A DNA stretch of 64,000 nucleotides from Chrysemys picta bellii. Lineage: Eukaryota. Location: the NCBI RefSeq assembly GCF_011386835.1, contig NC_088793.1, forward strand, positions 118,730,001-118,794,000. Reading direction: 5' to 3'. The notes under the pieces are model-generated. The model was not told the DNA's origin. It did no database searches and saw nothing but the letters and a program-made list of their open reading frames with translations. Positions 24,435 through 38,300 of this stretch are shown here, one piece after another. The first letter of the stretch is position 1. Every line of letters begins with the position of its first letter. A program made the translations under genes and the position numbers.

Positions 24435-27354
24435 CTGGCAACACTATATGCAAGGGGGAGAGAGCGAGAGGCCAAAATATTCTGTTTTGTAGGGTGTGAT
24501 TTGTTATTGCACTAGCAATAAAGAGAAAAGCAATGTTTGTGTATTGCTGCTCTTAATGTACTTCACCATCTTTTGGAACTGATAGTCAACTTTTAGCAAA
24601 AAGAATACTTTGCTGCAGTTTTACTCATGTCACATATACCTTTGAGTACATTAAATTCAGCATAGAATAGCTAATTCATACTTGTTTTATGAAATCATTG
24701 TAGCTCTTATATTCTTATAATAAAGCGAGAGGCTAGAACTTGAAACCTATTCACAGTACACTGCAACACTTTTTTTGAGTCACAAATTTCCCTGTTACCC
24801 TCTTTTTTACTTTTTATCTTTTGGTCTGCACTTCAGATGCAGGATTATTAGTATCTGTATAGAAAGGGTTGATGTCTTAATTTAGCAGAGTTTTGTGACA
24901 GTGATGTTCTCCCACTGCTTGGAAAAGGGTCAAAATAATGCCCCTAGTGTGACATTGTACTAGAAAGTGAAGGGTTGTCTGTTGCAAATCACTGGGGAGT
25001 ATTCTTGCAAGAAGTTATGAAACAGCATTTCAGCAGAGGATGGAGAAGTACTTACAGAAGCTACAAGGAAACTAGACAGTCTTACAATGAACATAGCAAA
25101 GCCCTTGCAGTTCCCATTGCAAGGTAGATGAACCAATAATAAACATAGAACAAAGATTGTTAACCACTTTTCAGAGCACTTCATTAAATAAAAAGTTTTT
25201 CATAGTTGTCTTCACTGACAATCCCTGTTACCAGCACACATGGAATCGTCTTTAAGTACACTGCAAAGCAGATAAAATCAGAAAAGTTCAAAATAATTTG
25301 CCATCCAAAATTATTATTTGATTTTTTTTTTTAGTGAATTTAAAAAATGGCTAATACAGTGGTAAGTTGCAGACTTGGGTCATTTGTTTTTTTATTAAAC
25401 TATTAATTTATAACACTTCAAAAAACGGGATTCATAATCATAACCTCTGATATAAACAGAATTACAAGAAAAGAATATCAAATAAATTTATAAAAAGAAG
25501 GATTTAGTCATGTGATGTTCTGCTGCAGAAATGTGGTTAGTGGTTAGCTGATTTTTACTTTCTGTTTTCAGCTTCTATGGCATGAAATTCTGTAACAGTT
25601 ACATGGGTTAACATTGTCAGTTTGGAACCAAATTATAGGAGCACATTTTATGCTTTCTTACATAAAAGTGGGTTTTCTGTTCTTTGGTTTGTTTTTTGTT
25701 GTTTGTGATGGTGTTGTTTTAGGGAAACAAACTTATTTTAAAGATCTGTAGGATTAAAAAAGTAAAAGTGTCAAGATACTGGTCCTCAATTTATACTGGT
25801 CACAAGCTGCCTTGTTCTTTCAAGGGAGTTTAAGGGCAATACTGCATACAAATCAGATGTTTAATACAGGCAGGCTTCTCAGCAGAATATTGCTTGGTTG
25901 TTTTGTTGAGGTTTCACACACATTCATAAAAATAACAGCGTTTTTAGCTGATCTCAATAGATATTTGCTGCAGCTGCATCATTTGAAAAAGGCTTTTTGT
26001 TCCAATTCTTAAAGTCTCTAAGTATTGCAAGTAATTTTTTTAAAGTGTCTCAATTATGATTTCTGTGTTGTGATGTCTTTAAGGGGTTGATTGGGCTACA
26101 AATATGCTTTGGGAAAAAAACAAGAAAACATGCCCTTGAAAAACACCGGTAGTTCTACACAGAATATTAAGCATACAGTTGTAAACTCACATGGCACATG
26201 GTTGGGTAGATTTTTGGCAGACCCATAATCTCAACCTGCAGTGATGCTAAAGGTATTAGCAAATTAGCACTGCAAAGCTTGCCAGCTTATTCGCCAGAGT
26301 CCTGGTTGCTCTCTGACTGCTATAATTAAAACTAATTATTTTCTAAAACATAGTAATACATGAATATGTGCAATAATCATTTTGTAGTGGGCAATCTGTG
26401 AAGTATTTTTTAAAGCTTCCTCTGTCCACCCCTAAGATCCCTCCTGCTGTGTGTGTGCTGACTAGCCAGCGTTGCCATTTTGCAGAAAAGCAATCTGGTC
26501 CAACAGCCATCAGGTTAATGTTATTTTATTTAAAGAATGTTGCTTTTCTAATCTTATATTTTGTACATTTTGCAAATCGAATTCCTCCACTTTCTTGCTG
26601 CACCTTTTTATCTGTCCTTTTGCTTATCTTGAATCTCTAAAAATAAAATAGACAGTCCCAGTTTTTAGTGAATGCTGTGCACATAGTTTTCAGGCAGTGT
26701 CTAGCAGTAGTTGTTTGGCCATTTGCATTGATTTGATGATATGTCATCTCTCAGAATCTGCTCTATCACGTATTGTATGTATTTTTACCTCAAAATCTCT
26801 TCTTGCATTCATATTAGAAATCCAGAAACTCAGCAGTACTGCTGCAGTAATAATATACTTACCACTTGCATCTTCAAACACTGAACAAAAATTAACTAAC
26901 CTTCACAACACCCCCAACAAGATGTCTGTGTAAGTACTATCTGAACATGTAGTCTGAGTACTCACCTGTCATCCCACCTGACTTCTGCAGGAGAGAAAAA
27001 TTGAATGCCCATTTCTCCCTTAGAGCTGACTTTACAGAGATGAATGTGTTGGAACCCCAAGAATTTTAGTACCTTAAATAAAAAAGCTCACCTAACCATG
27101 GAGTTCCAACTGCAGATAGTGAAGAGAAGTAGCAACATGATCTGCTAGCCACCAAATCAAACAGGAGTATGACTAGAATTTTCACCCTTTTCCCAGCATT
27201 AACACACAGAACAATTTTCATGCACAGTTTTGGCTTATGTTCTGCTCTAGATAAAGTGAAAGATGTAACAGTTTCCAAAGAAGATTGTCATCTTCCTACT
27301 ATATAACAGCCCAATCGTGTTATGGAAACAAACTTGCCAGCGGCATTAAAATTT

Positions 27355-27515
27355 TAGGTTTCAGAGTAGCAGCCGTGTTAGTCTGTATCCGCAAAAAGAA
27401 CAGGAGTACTTGTGGCACCTTAGAGACTAACAAATTTATTAGAGCATAAGCTTTCGTGGACTACAGCCCACTTCTTCGGATGCATATAGAATGGAACATA
27501 TATTGAGGAGATATA
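27355..27515 (-). mobile_element. Penelope-like (Neptune-type) retroelement terminal fragment
   Basis: ggtttcagagtagcagccgtgttagtctgtatccgcaaaaagaacaggagtacttgtggcaccttagagactaacaaatttattagagcataagctttcgtgg matches the very abundant turtle Penelope terminal repeat as I recall it. Confidence 0.8.
27444..27483 (-). ncRNA. Minimal hammerhead ribozyme-like motif (palindromic helix III, probably dimer-type)
   Basis: The minus strand reads GCAU-CCGAAGA-A-GUGGGC-UGUA-GUCCAC-GAAA-GCUU-AUGC: stem I GCAU/AUGC, variant core CCGAAGA, 6-bp stem II, GAAA, and the AAGCUU palindrome. Confidence 0.65.
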
Positions 27516-27735
27516 TTATTTATACTTTGTAAAATGATTTTGCTGTGTGTTTGTTTGTTTGTTTTTTGTCTGCTTAAATCTAAGAGACTTCCAGATTTCC
27601 AGGTGCTATAATAAAAGAAGGAGAGAGGAAGGTGGAAGACCTATGCTTCATATGCCATCAGTTTTTAACAGCAGGAAGCATTTTCTTGCAAAGCCAAACC
27701 TATCATGCTAAACTGTTTCTCCTGTTTTTGATTAG

Positions 27736-27845
27736 CACCTATGGGTCTTGCAGATATGATGACACCTGGTGAGTCCAAACTGCCCCTTCCTCTCAAAGCA
27801 GATGGCAAAGAAGAAGGACCCCCACAGCCCGAGAGCAAGTCAAAG
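27736..27845 (+). CDS. ARID1B: ARID1B coding exon (110 nt, phase 1-0): [37 protein letters not shown]
   Basis: Acceptor tttttgattag, donor gtattt. Matches the recalled human sequence [34 protein letters not shown]. Confidence 0.97.
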
Positions 27846-28554
27846 GTATTTCCTTCCTCTGCACGTGGTGTTGGTTCGGCCCAGCAGAAGTCCGCTATGT
27901 TGTCCTCCATTCTCTGGTTTTGGCCTACCCTCTTTTGTTCTTTCCTGCATGCCTTTTCCATTCATGTGCATTCTGTTTCTTTCTTTTCTTTCTTATTTTT
28001 TCCTCCATTGTGTGGATCTGAAAGTTACTAGTTCTTATGGCATTTTAACTTGCGGGGGCAAAGCAACCCACTCAAACAGTTATGTGCGGGTTGGCTAAGC
28101 TAGGTGGGTGGGAAAGGAGGGTCTTGCCTGGTTTCAATACTTGCAGCCATTTTTCTCTGCCTTCAGTTATAGCTTCCTGTTTTGGCCGCCTCAGCAGCAG
28201 CAACATACTTTAATATTTTGCTTTCCTGCCTTATTTGATAAAATAAGGTGAACAGCTTTTTTTTCTTTCTTTCATAAGGGGAAACCCATGCTTAGCATTC
28301 CATTTGAGCTTGAAGTAAGCATGGTGGCTTAGTGACTTTAGCCAAGCATCCAGAAATTTTCCAAATTATACTAATTAACAATGTTGTTTTAATACCTTTA
28401 TATATAGATATATATTTCTGTATGTGTGTGTTTTCTGTGTGTGTCTCTCTGTTTATATATATATATATTTTATATATAAAAAGAATTGGTCAGTCTGTTA
28501 AACTGGATGTATTTTTTTTGTTTTTGTTTTTAATAAAGTTTGCCCTGCCTTTGT

Positions 28555-28774
28555 NNNNNNNNNNNNNNNNNNNNNNNNNNNNNNNNNNNNNNNNNNNNNN
28601 NNNNNNNNNNNNNNNNNNNNNNNNNNNNNNNNNNNNNNNNNNNNNNNNNNNNNNNNNNNNNNNNNNNNNNNNNNNNNNNNNNNNNNNNNNNNNNNNNNNN
28701 NNNNNNNNNNNNNNNNNNNNNNNNNNNNNNNNNNNNNNNNNNNNNNNNNNNNNNNNNNNNNNNNNNNNNNNNNN
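28555..28774. other. Assembly gap (220 N)
   Basis: Run of n characters in the sequence. Confidence 1.
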
Positions 28775-30404
28775 TGTAATTAATTATATTTTAATGCTTG
28801 CTTGTTTGTTTTATAAATTCTTTTTCTTCATAATTTATCCACTAAAGGATTTTCTTTCTTTATAATAATAGGGCCAAATTCAGCTCTCAGATACATGCGT
28901 ACAACTCCCACTGGCTTGGCTTCTGTGGGACCTGAGCATGCCTATCAGAGGGCAAAATTTGACCCAGTAGTAATAAAAAGAGTAAAATTGAGTGCATTGT
29001 GTAAGTTTACTGTCTGGTAATACAGCAGTTGTTGTGAAGAAAGCATCCTTCCCATAATGCATCAGCTTACAGAGCATGCCAATTGTGTTGATAAGGACAT
29101 TCCATTTCTTTTATTGGGTCCAAACTCCTTCACACAACTGACTTCACTGTTTGTCCCACTGTTCATTAAGTATTACTATTTTAAAATATATATATATTTT
29201 CCTCTCTATGGGTAGTAAGAACAGGCACAGTATGGGTTACAGGCTCTGCACCACAAAAGGCACCTCAGACAAGTCTGTCATTTACAGTTCCGAAACATTT
29301 TTATTTCCAAATTTCATATGTAGAAATATAAATTCTCAGGGCACAATCTGAAATAATATCAGTTGTGATTTGTTTCACTCAGTTAGTTGAAATGAACCAA
29401 AAGGTTGGTGAAAAAGTTAAGGGAAGTATAATTTTAGAAAGCTCCTTTTTTAGATGAACAACGTGTAATCACACTAGAAACAGGTTATGCAGAAAAATCT
29501 GGATCCAGAACAGCATAAGACATAACATTTAAACTAAGTATCATTTCCAGATGAGATGCAAAGAGCAAAAAATACAAAAAAAATGTGTGCAAACAAGCAT
29601 ATATGGGGATCTAATATCCATTTGACCATTTTTGGCTTATTTCTTAAACTAAGAAAGTATATGTCATTCTTTTATTTAAAATATTACTTCACTCAAGCAA
29701 AATACTATATTATAGTTATATACAAAATATAATGCTCTTTTCCAATGTTAATGCATAGCTAACTTAGCAACTAGTCTTTAGTAATGCCTTAGTTTTCACA
29801 AGATAAATTGAAGAGCACATCTCAAGGCAAAAGCAATTTGGTGAGGGGAAAAAGTCTAGCCAATCCAGAGCCTGGAAATATAACATCCAAGACAGGGAAT
29901 GTTATTAATCACTATTATCTTGTTGCAGCAGATAGAGCCAGACATTAAAGTTGTCCCCAAAAATGTTCATAGACTTCACATGGCAATTCAGAGTTACTAA
30001 CTTTTTGCTCCTCTGAGAAAGTAGTTAAGCTCATAGCATGTTATCTGCAGAGACAGCTTTCTTCATGGAGGGTGACATTCTTGCTAGTGTAGAGGGTCCA
30101 GACAAGACCTTCTGAACCACATTTAATAGGCTCAAATGGATTTTTAGAGTTTTTGTGCATGCCCTCTGCACTGGTGTGAATTTCACCTTAAAAGGCCTGA
30201 GGAGGTATGTAGCAAATATAAGCTCTGCAGGGGAGAACAGGGGAAGTGTAGGAATGAGATGCACCACCTTAATTTTGATGTCCATATGTCATTGACTTTG
30301 AGTCTCAGAAGGCAGCTGGTGTTCTTTACGCCCTCCGGGTCCCATCCTGTCTTTATTTTAATAACATTTCTGAATGGACAATGCTGTAAACTGGTGATGG
30401 GAAA

Positions 30405-30457
30405 TTTTCTTTTCTTTTCTTTTCTTTTCTTTTCTTTTCTTTTCTTTTCTTTTCTTT
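30405..30457 (+). repeat. (TTTTC)10 microsatellite
   Basis: Ten perfect TTTTC units followed by ttt. Confidence 0.98.
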
Positions 30458-33400
30458 AATGTTTCGCTTTTTCTTTTCTGGAAGTTTGGAAAATATTTTG
30501 TCTAGTGAATGTGCATTCTAGAGCTCATTTTAATAATTTGTTAATAAACCACAGGGACCATCGTGAGCATATATGTATTGTTTCCACTTAAAATTAACAA
30601 AAAAAAAATTAGAATAAATGTGTGAAGGAGGTGGGAGGCATTATGGTTTTGCTTTTAGGTTAAACCTCCTGTTCCACATGCTCTTCTCTTCAAATACGAT
30701 GTTACACCTCCTGTTCAGAGTTCTTAGCAATAATTCCATAACTTCAGTTACCTTCTCAAAAATAGTTCAAGTGATTAGAATGGTGCTGGTTTGGAGAACT
30801 ATAGAATTATAGAAAGTAAGAGCTGTCAGCCAGCTGATCTCTTTTTATCTGTGGAGGCCAGACTGTTGGATAACTTAGTTTACAGCTGATATTGACAACA
30901 CTAGTCTGACTTTGATTGAAATGATTATTGGGATTCCCCATTCTTCCCAGTAATATATTAAAGTAGCCTGTGCTGGCTAATTTATTCATCAGATTATCCA
31001 AGTGCTAAGGTTCTGATAGAGTTCTTGGCTCCAGGAGTGAGTGTGGGCAACGGTGAGCATGGTCTGTGGTTAGCTTTGCAGTACCCCCGCACCAGCAGAG
31101 TGGGTCATTTTATTCAGTGATTCCTTTATGCAAGTGTGGAGGGAGAAGATGCAGAGAAGAGACTGTATAATGATATGTACTGTGGGATTCTCCAGCTGGA
31201 TAGTTACAGTGGCATTGCTATACTGTAATCAGTTATGTAAAGAACAAAATGGCTTAAAAATTAATTAAAATAGAATATGAAAATATGTGAGAGTCTCAAT
31301 ATGAGAGACTGTGAGCAGGGTCATTGTGACTCAAATTAAAACAGTAGGGTTTTGAATCCCCTTAAAATGCTCTGAAACTGTTCACTGTATATATCTACAT
31401 ATTACAGTAGAGATAGTTGAATTGTACATTTTTCCCACAGTGCTTTCAGTGAGAGATTTGCAGTCTGTGGAATGTGTGTGTGTGCCTGCGCATGTGGGTA
31501 TATAATAAAAATAGGTCTTTATTATTATATAAATATTAACAAACTCTTAAAGTGGGATTATCAGTCTGTGTTTTACACACACATACACAGATGCAAGCAG
31601 AGATAACTACCTACAGCTAAAATCTGAAAGGAATTGTTGTAGGAGACAATGAACTATCAAGCAGATACCTTGGATTGCCTGAAGGACTCTTGCAGATTGA
31701 CCATAGGAAGTGTGGTAGATTACTGCTCTATGAGGCATCAGTGTATGTTTTGGTGCAATATAAATAATATACAAATTAAATATGTAAATGAGTTTGCTTC
31801 TTCTCATCTTGTTTCAAAAGCCACCACCCACTTTGGCATGACAGGATCTCTTCACAGGAAAGTCCTGGGGCTAGAGTAGCAGAGGTTAGGATTACAGGGG
31901 AATTGAAGCAAGGTGATAGAGCTAAGTATGACAAGCTTGCCTAAGCCCTATTGGTTATTTTAATCAGACCGTAAATGCACTCACAAAGAAAAATGTAGGA
32001 TATTTGTTATTATTCCAATATTGCCTGGTACTCCCACTTTAATTAAGTTAGTCAGTAGTTATGCTGAAATAAATCCCTATTTTCTACGTTTTAAAATTTA
32101 CCTGCTCTAGGCTGAATCTGGCCATACAGGACAGCAGTTTGTGTTAGTGTGTGCACAAGCTTGTGTAAAATCTGTCATTTTGCACATAGTAGTGCAGAAG
32201 AGAAAAAAAAACATTTACTTTTGGGAAAGGGTGTTGTTTTCCCCCAGTGCATTCTTCTAAAGTTAATGTTTCATTTTAAAAGAAAATTGCAGAGTGAGAA
32301 GCACTTCTTACCTTCTGCAAACTGTGAAAACTTTTTAAATCATGCTGTCATTTTGGAGCCTGCTGCCATGTTACAGAAAAGCAACATAATTTGAGACAGA
32401 GATAGTATAAGAGCCCAGTATGAAAGACTGTAAACCAATTGACATTTTGCAGTGATACTGGTTTAAAAGAAGAAGAATTTTATAATGTAAAACCTTTCAT
32501 TTGAATATTAAACCTGAACTTTCTTCTACTGGTGAACTCATATAAAAGCATAATAGAAACTAGTTTATTACCTCCTACATTAGATGTAAGTGGAGATAAA
32601 ATTTGCTATATAAAACCTTGTATTTCCTGCCTAGAATATAGATAAAGGTGTCTGTGATATCACAAATGTGAGACTGTGAAATTAATGCTGGTAAAAGGTA
32701 GAATCATTTTGTTCTTTACTTAAGTGGGTAGCACTGTAGCTCCACTTTGCTCTGCTATTCAGAGTTATATGCTCATCCCTAGGTTCCTATTTGAGAATAA
32801 AATATTTAGGATTATGACTTGTCCACTTACTGTCCATCCTCTCTTTTTAATTTTCCTTTCCATTTTAATAATCTTCAAAGTAAAAACAGTTCACTGGTTA
32901 AATATTGTTTAAAAACACAATGCTCCTAAATGCGTGGGATGAAGCAATTTCGGTTACAGAACTGATATCACAACCACATACAGAGTCGTTAAATTTGTGC
33001 TTTAACAGCCTAATCCACGGGCCTTATGCCAGTGCACACGCCTCCCTCCATTTAAAACCAGTAAACCACATTCAGCCTTGGCTCCATTGACTTCCGGGAG
33101 AATTGCAGCACAGCTGAATTTGGTTCACTAAATTCAATATTGCACCTTCTAACTTTAAAATGTGAAAGGTAATATTACATATCAGTAGGGAGGATTACAA
33201 CTGAAGAAATTAGAAATTCAGTTAGCAAAGTGGGGAGCTTTTCATGAGCCAATTTATTTAATTAAAATTAATATCCATTCACTGGAAATAACAACAACAA
33301 TGGAACTGCAGGGTCACATCCTCTTGGCTCTGATTCTCTTCCCTCCTGGCTCTTCCCCAACATTGTCAAGTTTCAACCAGAGACTAGAGGGAGATTTGGA

Positions 33401-35112
33401 GCTCTTCAGATTTTCCAGCCCAAATTGTACAAGGTGATGGGTGGCAATGCTTTATGCGAACCATTACTGGCTTTCTGAATACCACAGTAATCAACAGGCT
33501 AAAGTAATTGAAAGCTGCATGTTGCCACATTACATGTTGCATCGTGCCACAGTGCCAGGCCCCATTCAGAACCATGTGATCAACAGAAATATCGTTCTGT
33601 ACTCGTCCCAAAGTACATTTGGGAATTTTGTTTAGAGCTGATCAGTCAAAAAAAATTTTTTGCTTATTTTAAAATATTTTACCCTAAAAGGCAAAAAGAA
33701 AAAAATTGAGAAAAGTTAAGCAGGGGAAGGGCAATGGGTGGACAAGGATGGTGAAGTGTGTTTACCACAGCTGGGGCTACACCTCAGATATGTTATATAT
33801 ACAGAATACATTTCCTTCTCCATAATGTCATGTGAATATCTCCTTCCCACATAGCTTGGTGTCCAAATGTCCCGATCATGTCTAATTCTGAATAACCCCA
33901 AGTTCACTAAGGGGCAAATCATCTCCCCTCCTCTGTAGGAGCAGAGAGCCCTCTTGCAGCAGAACCCAGAGCACTTATACTGTGTGGAAGGGGGACACTA
34001 CTGAGAGAGCTACACGTGAGTGGGGTGCAATCCCTGTGAGTCACAGAGCCCAGCTCACAGGGGTCTCTGCTTGCATAGCAAAGGTGTGGAGAAAGGGTCT
34101 GGTGGATGCACTTCTACGCAGATCCACCAGCTGTTTCCTCTCCCTTCCCTTGTAAGGAAGGGGAGGGGGATGAGGAACGCTGAGGCTTTGCTAGCATTAA
34201 AATTAGAGGAGTAGCCACATAATGGTTCCATTCTTACTACTCAACAGAGGGAGAACTAATTTTCCCCCCACCCTCCGCTTTTATGGATTTTCCCATTGCC
34301 TGGTCCAGCTACTTGGAATGGGCTCTGCTTCTGTTTATACCCCTAATTTTCACCAGTGCTATGTATGTTTTTTCTCCACACACCGAATACATGTGATGGC
34401 TATACTCTGTGGTTCTCTTTCACCTTTGCAAGTGAAGAGAGTGGTTACTCATGACCAGTACTCAAATTGGCTGGTATGAGAAAATGACAGTAGGCTCCCT
34501 CTTCTGTGTTTTTGTTTTTTTTTAGCCAGCCATGATGGGAAGAGTAGGTAAGACATAATCACCTACCCCTGTCCAATTCCAACACTGCTCACAAAACAGG
34601 TTGGTTGTCCTAGCTTGTGCTCTGAGCTGTTTCTTCAGAAATTCCTCTTCTGATGGAGCATTTTGGTGCTTTCTTTCTTTCTTTCAGGGTGTTCTTTGTA
34701 TTATTACAAGTTGTTCAGAAGAGGCCGATTTTAATGTAGCTTCATTTAAAATTGTAAAGCGCTTTGAGATCTGCGGATGAAAAGCACTATATAAAAACTA
34801 GATATTTTTTAAATGACTTGAGGCATCATGAGAAACTTGCCTTCTGGGATCCAAAGCTCAGATCAATGAAAGAAACATAAGAAAATAATGAAAATGGGGA
34901 GTTTGGGCCCTTTATTTAAAATCATGTAACGTGCAGTATATGGACAGAATGTACTGTTTGTGCCAGAACTAGTAGCCTTCATTCCTGACTGTTGTGTGAT
35001 AGCTTTAGTTTGTTTGACATCTTCTCTTTTTCAATGTTGTGAGTATCTTACTTTCTTTTCCCTTTCCTTCCCACCCTTCCCCCAACTCTTTTTTTTTCTT
35101 TTTGTGCTCTAG

Positions 35113-35337
<225 letters not shown>

Positions 35338-38300
35338 TGAAACTAGACCATCCAAAAACTTAGCCCTGCATTCCTCCTAGAATATTTTCTGCTAGTTGCA
35401 GCATTACAAATTCTTCCCTGAAAACAAGGGGGAAAAGACATGGAAGTTTCAGTATAACTAATGTTTGAAGGTAAGTAAGCTCATGTGTAAATCTAACCCA
35501 AATTAACCTGCCATGCACTAATGGACCGTGTGGACCCTGCTGCTGCATACTAAAAGATCTGTAGCATGCTTTGATCTACTCCTGTTTCAACTCTGTTTGA
35601 ATTTTTAGTGTGCAGCGGCAAGGTCCACACAGGCGCTTAGTTTGGGGTAGGTTTACACCCCAGCTTGCCATGAACTCAGGGTTTATGTAAACAAGCCCTG
35701 AGGTTCACTTTGGACGGCACTAGTGCTCTCATAGTGCACAGTGTGGCTCTAAATTGCCTAGTGTCAAGGGAGCTTAGGCTGCTGTCTGATCAAGGGCACT
35801 CTAGTAGTGCTAAGAGAGAATCAGAAGAGATGGCCATTGGATTAAAGAGAAGGGTTAGAAACATGGAAGAAGATCAAAACAGGTGATGGAAAACAGCTGT
35901 TCTAGAGATGGAAAAAAAGAGAGCGCCTGAAATCCATCCATCTCAGACAGGGAAGTGCCTCTAGGAAAAGTCGGTTCAAATCTCTTAGGAAGTGGTAGGA
36001 GTATGTAATTTGCAAGCAGTCTGTCCCAAACCATTCTTCCCTCTGTATGTTTAGATTGTATACTCAGCTGGGAAGAGACTGTGTTTTCCTCTATGTTTGG
36101 AAAATATTTACCACATGTCTTGCATTGTCTCAATCTATATAAATACAATAATAATCAATAATGGGGAAACCTAACCTAAAGGCAGGAAGGTAAATTGGGG
36201 AAGAGGCTGCAAATAAAAAAGATGTTGGTAGAAGTCAGAGATATAGTTTGCTGCATTGAACCTTGTCTTTCCCACTGAGAGTAAATATGAGGCCTGTGAT
36301 GTCACAGGTGAAAGAATATGATGTTCTTTTCCCACATGCGAATCGGGGTTAGTAATAGCTGCCTGACTCACACAGATGCTGTGAACATTAACTTATTTAG
36401 GGTCGATCCCATTCATGTCTTTAGAGCCGGATTGATCCTTTAATGTTTGTGGAGCACTTTGAAAGGGTAAAGCACTAGAGTAGATACTAAATATTAAGTA
36501 GTAGCATTATTGGATTTGGGATTCAAAACCTTCTTTTTGTCTTGCTGGCCCAGGCCTGCTGTGTGCTGAATGCTTCCTGTGAGATGGTGAGAGCTCACAA
36601 CTCGAACTGAATTAAGGGTGATCAGTACTTTGCAGGATTAGGCTCTAAATTATGAGTTAGATGTAACTAAAATACACATGATCTCTACACTAAAACACAC
36701 AATCTGAAAACAGAAGTATGTTAAATTGAATTGGGCCCATGGAAAGTGAACCCCTGGTAATGCTCCCACCTAGCCAGTTCTGGAAACCCACTTCCAACAG
36801 TGATTACTGCTGATTTTAACAGTAGTACTCTGCATAGCATGATATAGCATATTGAATTAGACCATGGTCATTCAAGTCCAGTGATGCTAACTGGCGCCGC
36901 AGAGGAAGGTAGAAAAATCTAATGTATTGCACCTTGCCACTTGTTAAATGCTGTCCATGGATGAAAGGTGGGGTTCCATCCTGACTTTTGCAATGACCAG
37001 CTGATGTGTGCCCCGGAGTTTTCCTGAACTTGCAAACTTTATTATTGGTCATAACACTCTGCAGCCCTCTTTTTAAGTCTAGCTACAGCATTTGACTCAG
37101 TGTCTACAGAGGCTCGAATGCTTCTGCACAATTGGTTAATATTAAACCATTAAATATAAGTGGGAGTTGAAATTTGAAATCCTAAAAAGGCCTGCATGTT
37201 TGTTTATAACAAGGGTCATTTCTTATTTATTTAAAAAAAAAACCACACATTTTGGGCCCAAGCTTACTTTCCAATATGGACCAACATTTATTACCGATGA
37301 GGAGATGCTGTCCCACTTAGATACAATTTTGAAAGGAACTTGATTTATAGGTTTGTAGGCTACAAAGGTTGATTGTTCACTGTGGGCGTGTTAACATGTA
37401 TTCTCTGGTTAGGGCTACAGAGAAATGCACATGTTCGTCTAATGAGATTTATTTAAATATAGTTGGATGGTGCCCACCTGAAAAGCATAGTTGCCCCTAC
37501 CACTGCTCTCCACGTTTCATGATCTCTGCCCACTGAGTGACAGGATGTAGATGTGCAGCGATGGTGCGTATTTATCCTCCTGAAGCATTGCATTTCAAGG
37601 TACACCAAATAGCGCTTTGCTTCCCTCTTCCAAAGCCATGGTAGACCTGCTGTTGGCAGCCTTGTTTTATATGCCAATACACTGGACATTTAGGCACTGA
37701 GTACTTCTGCGTGCATTATGCAGTGTGTTTGTTGTATACCACGTAGTGCTAAGTAAATGGGCAAAAAAGGGCTGTGTGATTGGGGATTTAAGTCTCAAAA
37801 GTGCCAGTTTATGAAAATCACTTTCTCTTTGACTCCTGGATTGCTGCCAGATGTACCTGGAATACACAGGGAAAATAAAACTCTTCACTCAGCCAGGCCA
37901 GTCTGCATGTAATTAACTCTTTTGCCAAGAGAACCATCCTATCTGGCAGCTGTGAAGGGGTTATTGAACACAAAGATAAAAACTATATAAATATCTCCTT
38001 GGCTGGCATATAGGGTTGGCAACAGATATGACCAGTAATAAACTTTGTAGCTATTTAAGCTAAAATAGGGTGATAAAATCTCATGCTTCAGGACGTAAAC
38101 TGATCATCATAGCATTCAAGAAGTAAGCTCCCCCTCTCCCTCCCCTGCTGGACCAATGGTCTGATCTGATGTGGCAAATCCAGTGTGCCTCAACCTAAGA
38201 GCATAGTTTGAACAGTTGCTTTCAGTACTCTGGCATACGCAGCAAAACAAGGCTCACCCCAATGGCATGCTTGTATCAGCAGAGCTGTAATACAGAACAT

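Larger units (their letters stand above)
23429..24446. mobile_element. GC-rich hAT-type non-autonomous element (TIRs tagggttacc ... ggcaacacta)
   Basis: Imperfect terminal inverted repeats, an internal 75-bp tandem array and a G-rich body. The right TIR is interrupted by a MITE. Confidence 0.75.

Noticed and set aside
24960-25190. Purine-rich, coding-looking stretch (...AEDGEVLTEATRKLDSLTMNIAKPLQFPLQGR*)
   Set aside because: No recognisable homology, no convincing splice sites, and stops in every frame; a BLASTx search would be needed.
28332-28865. 177-aa and 79-aa ORFs in the ORF track
   Set aside because: Artefacts of reading through the N run.
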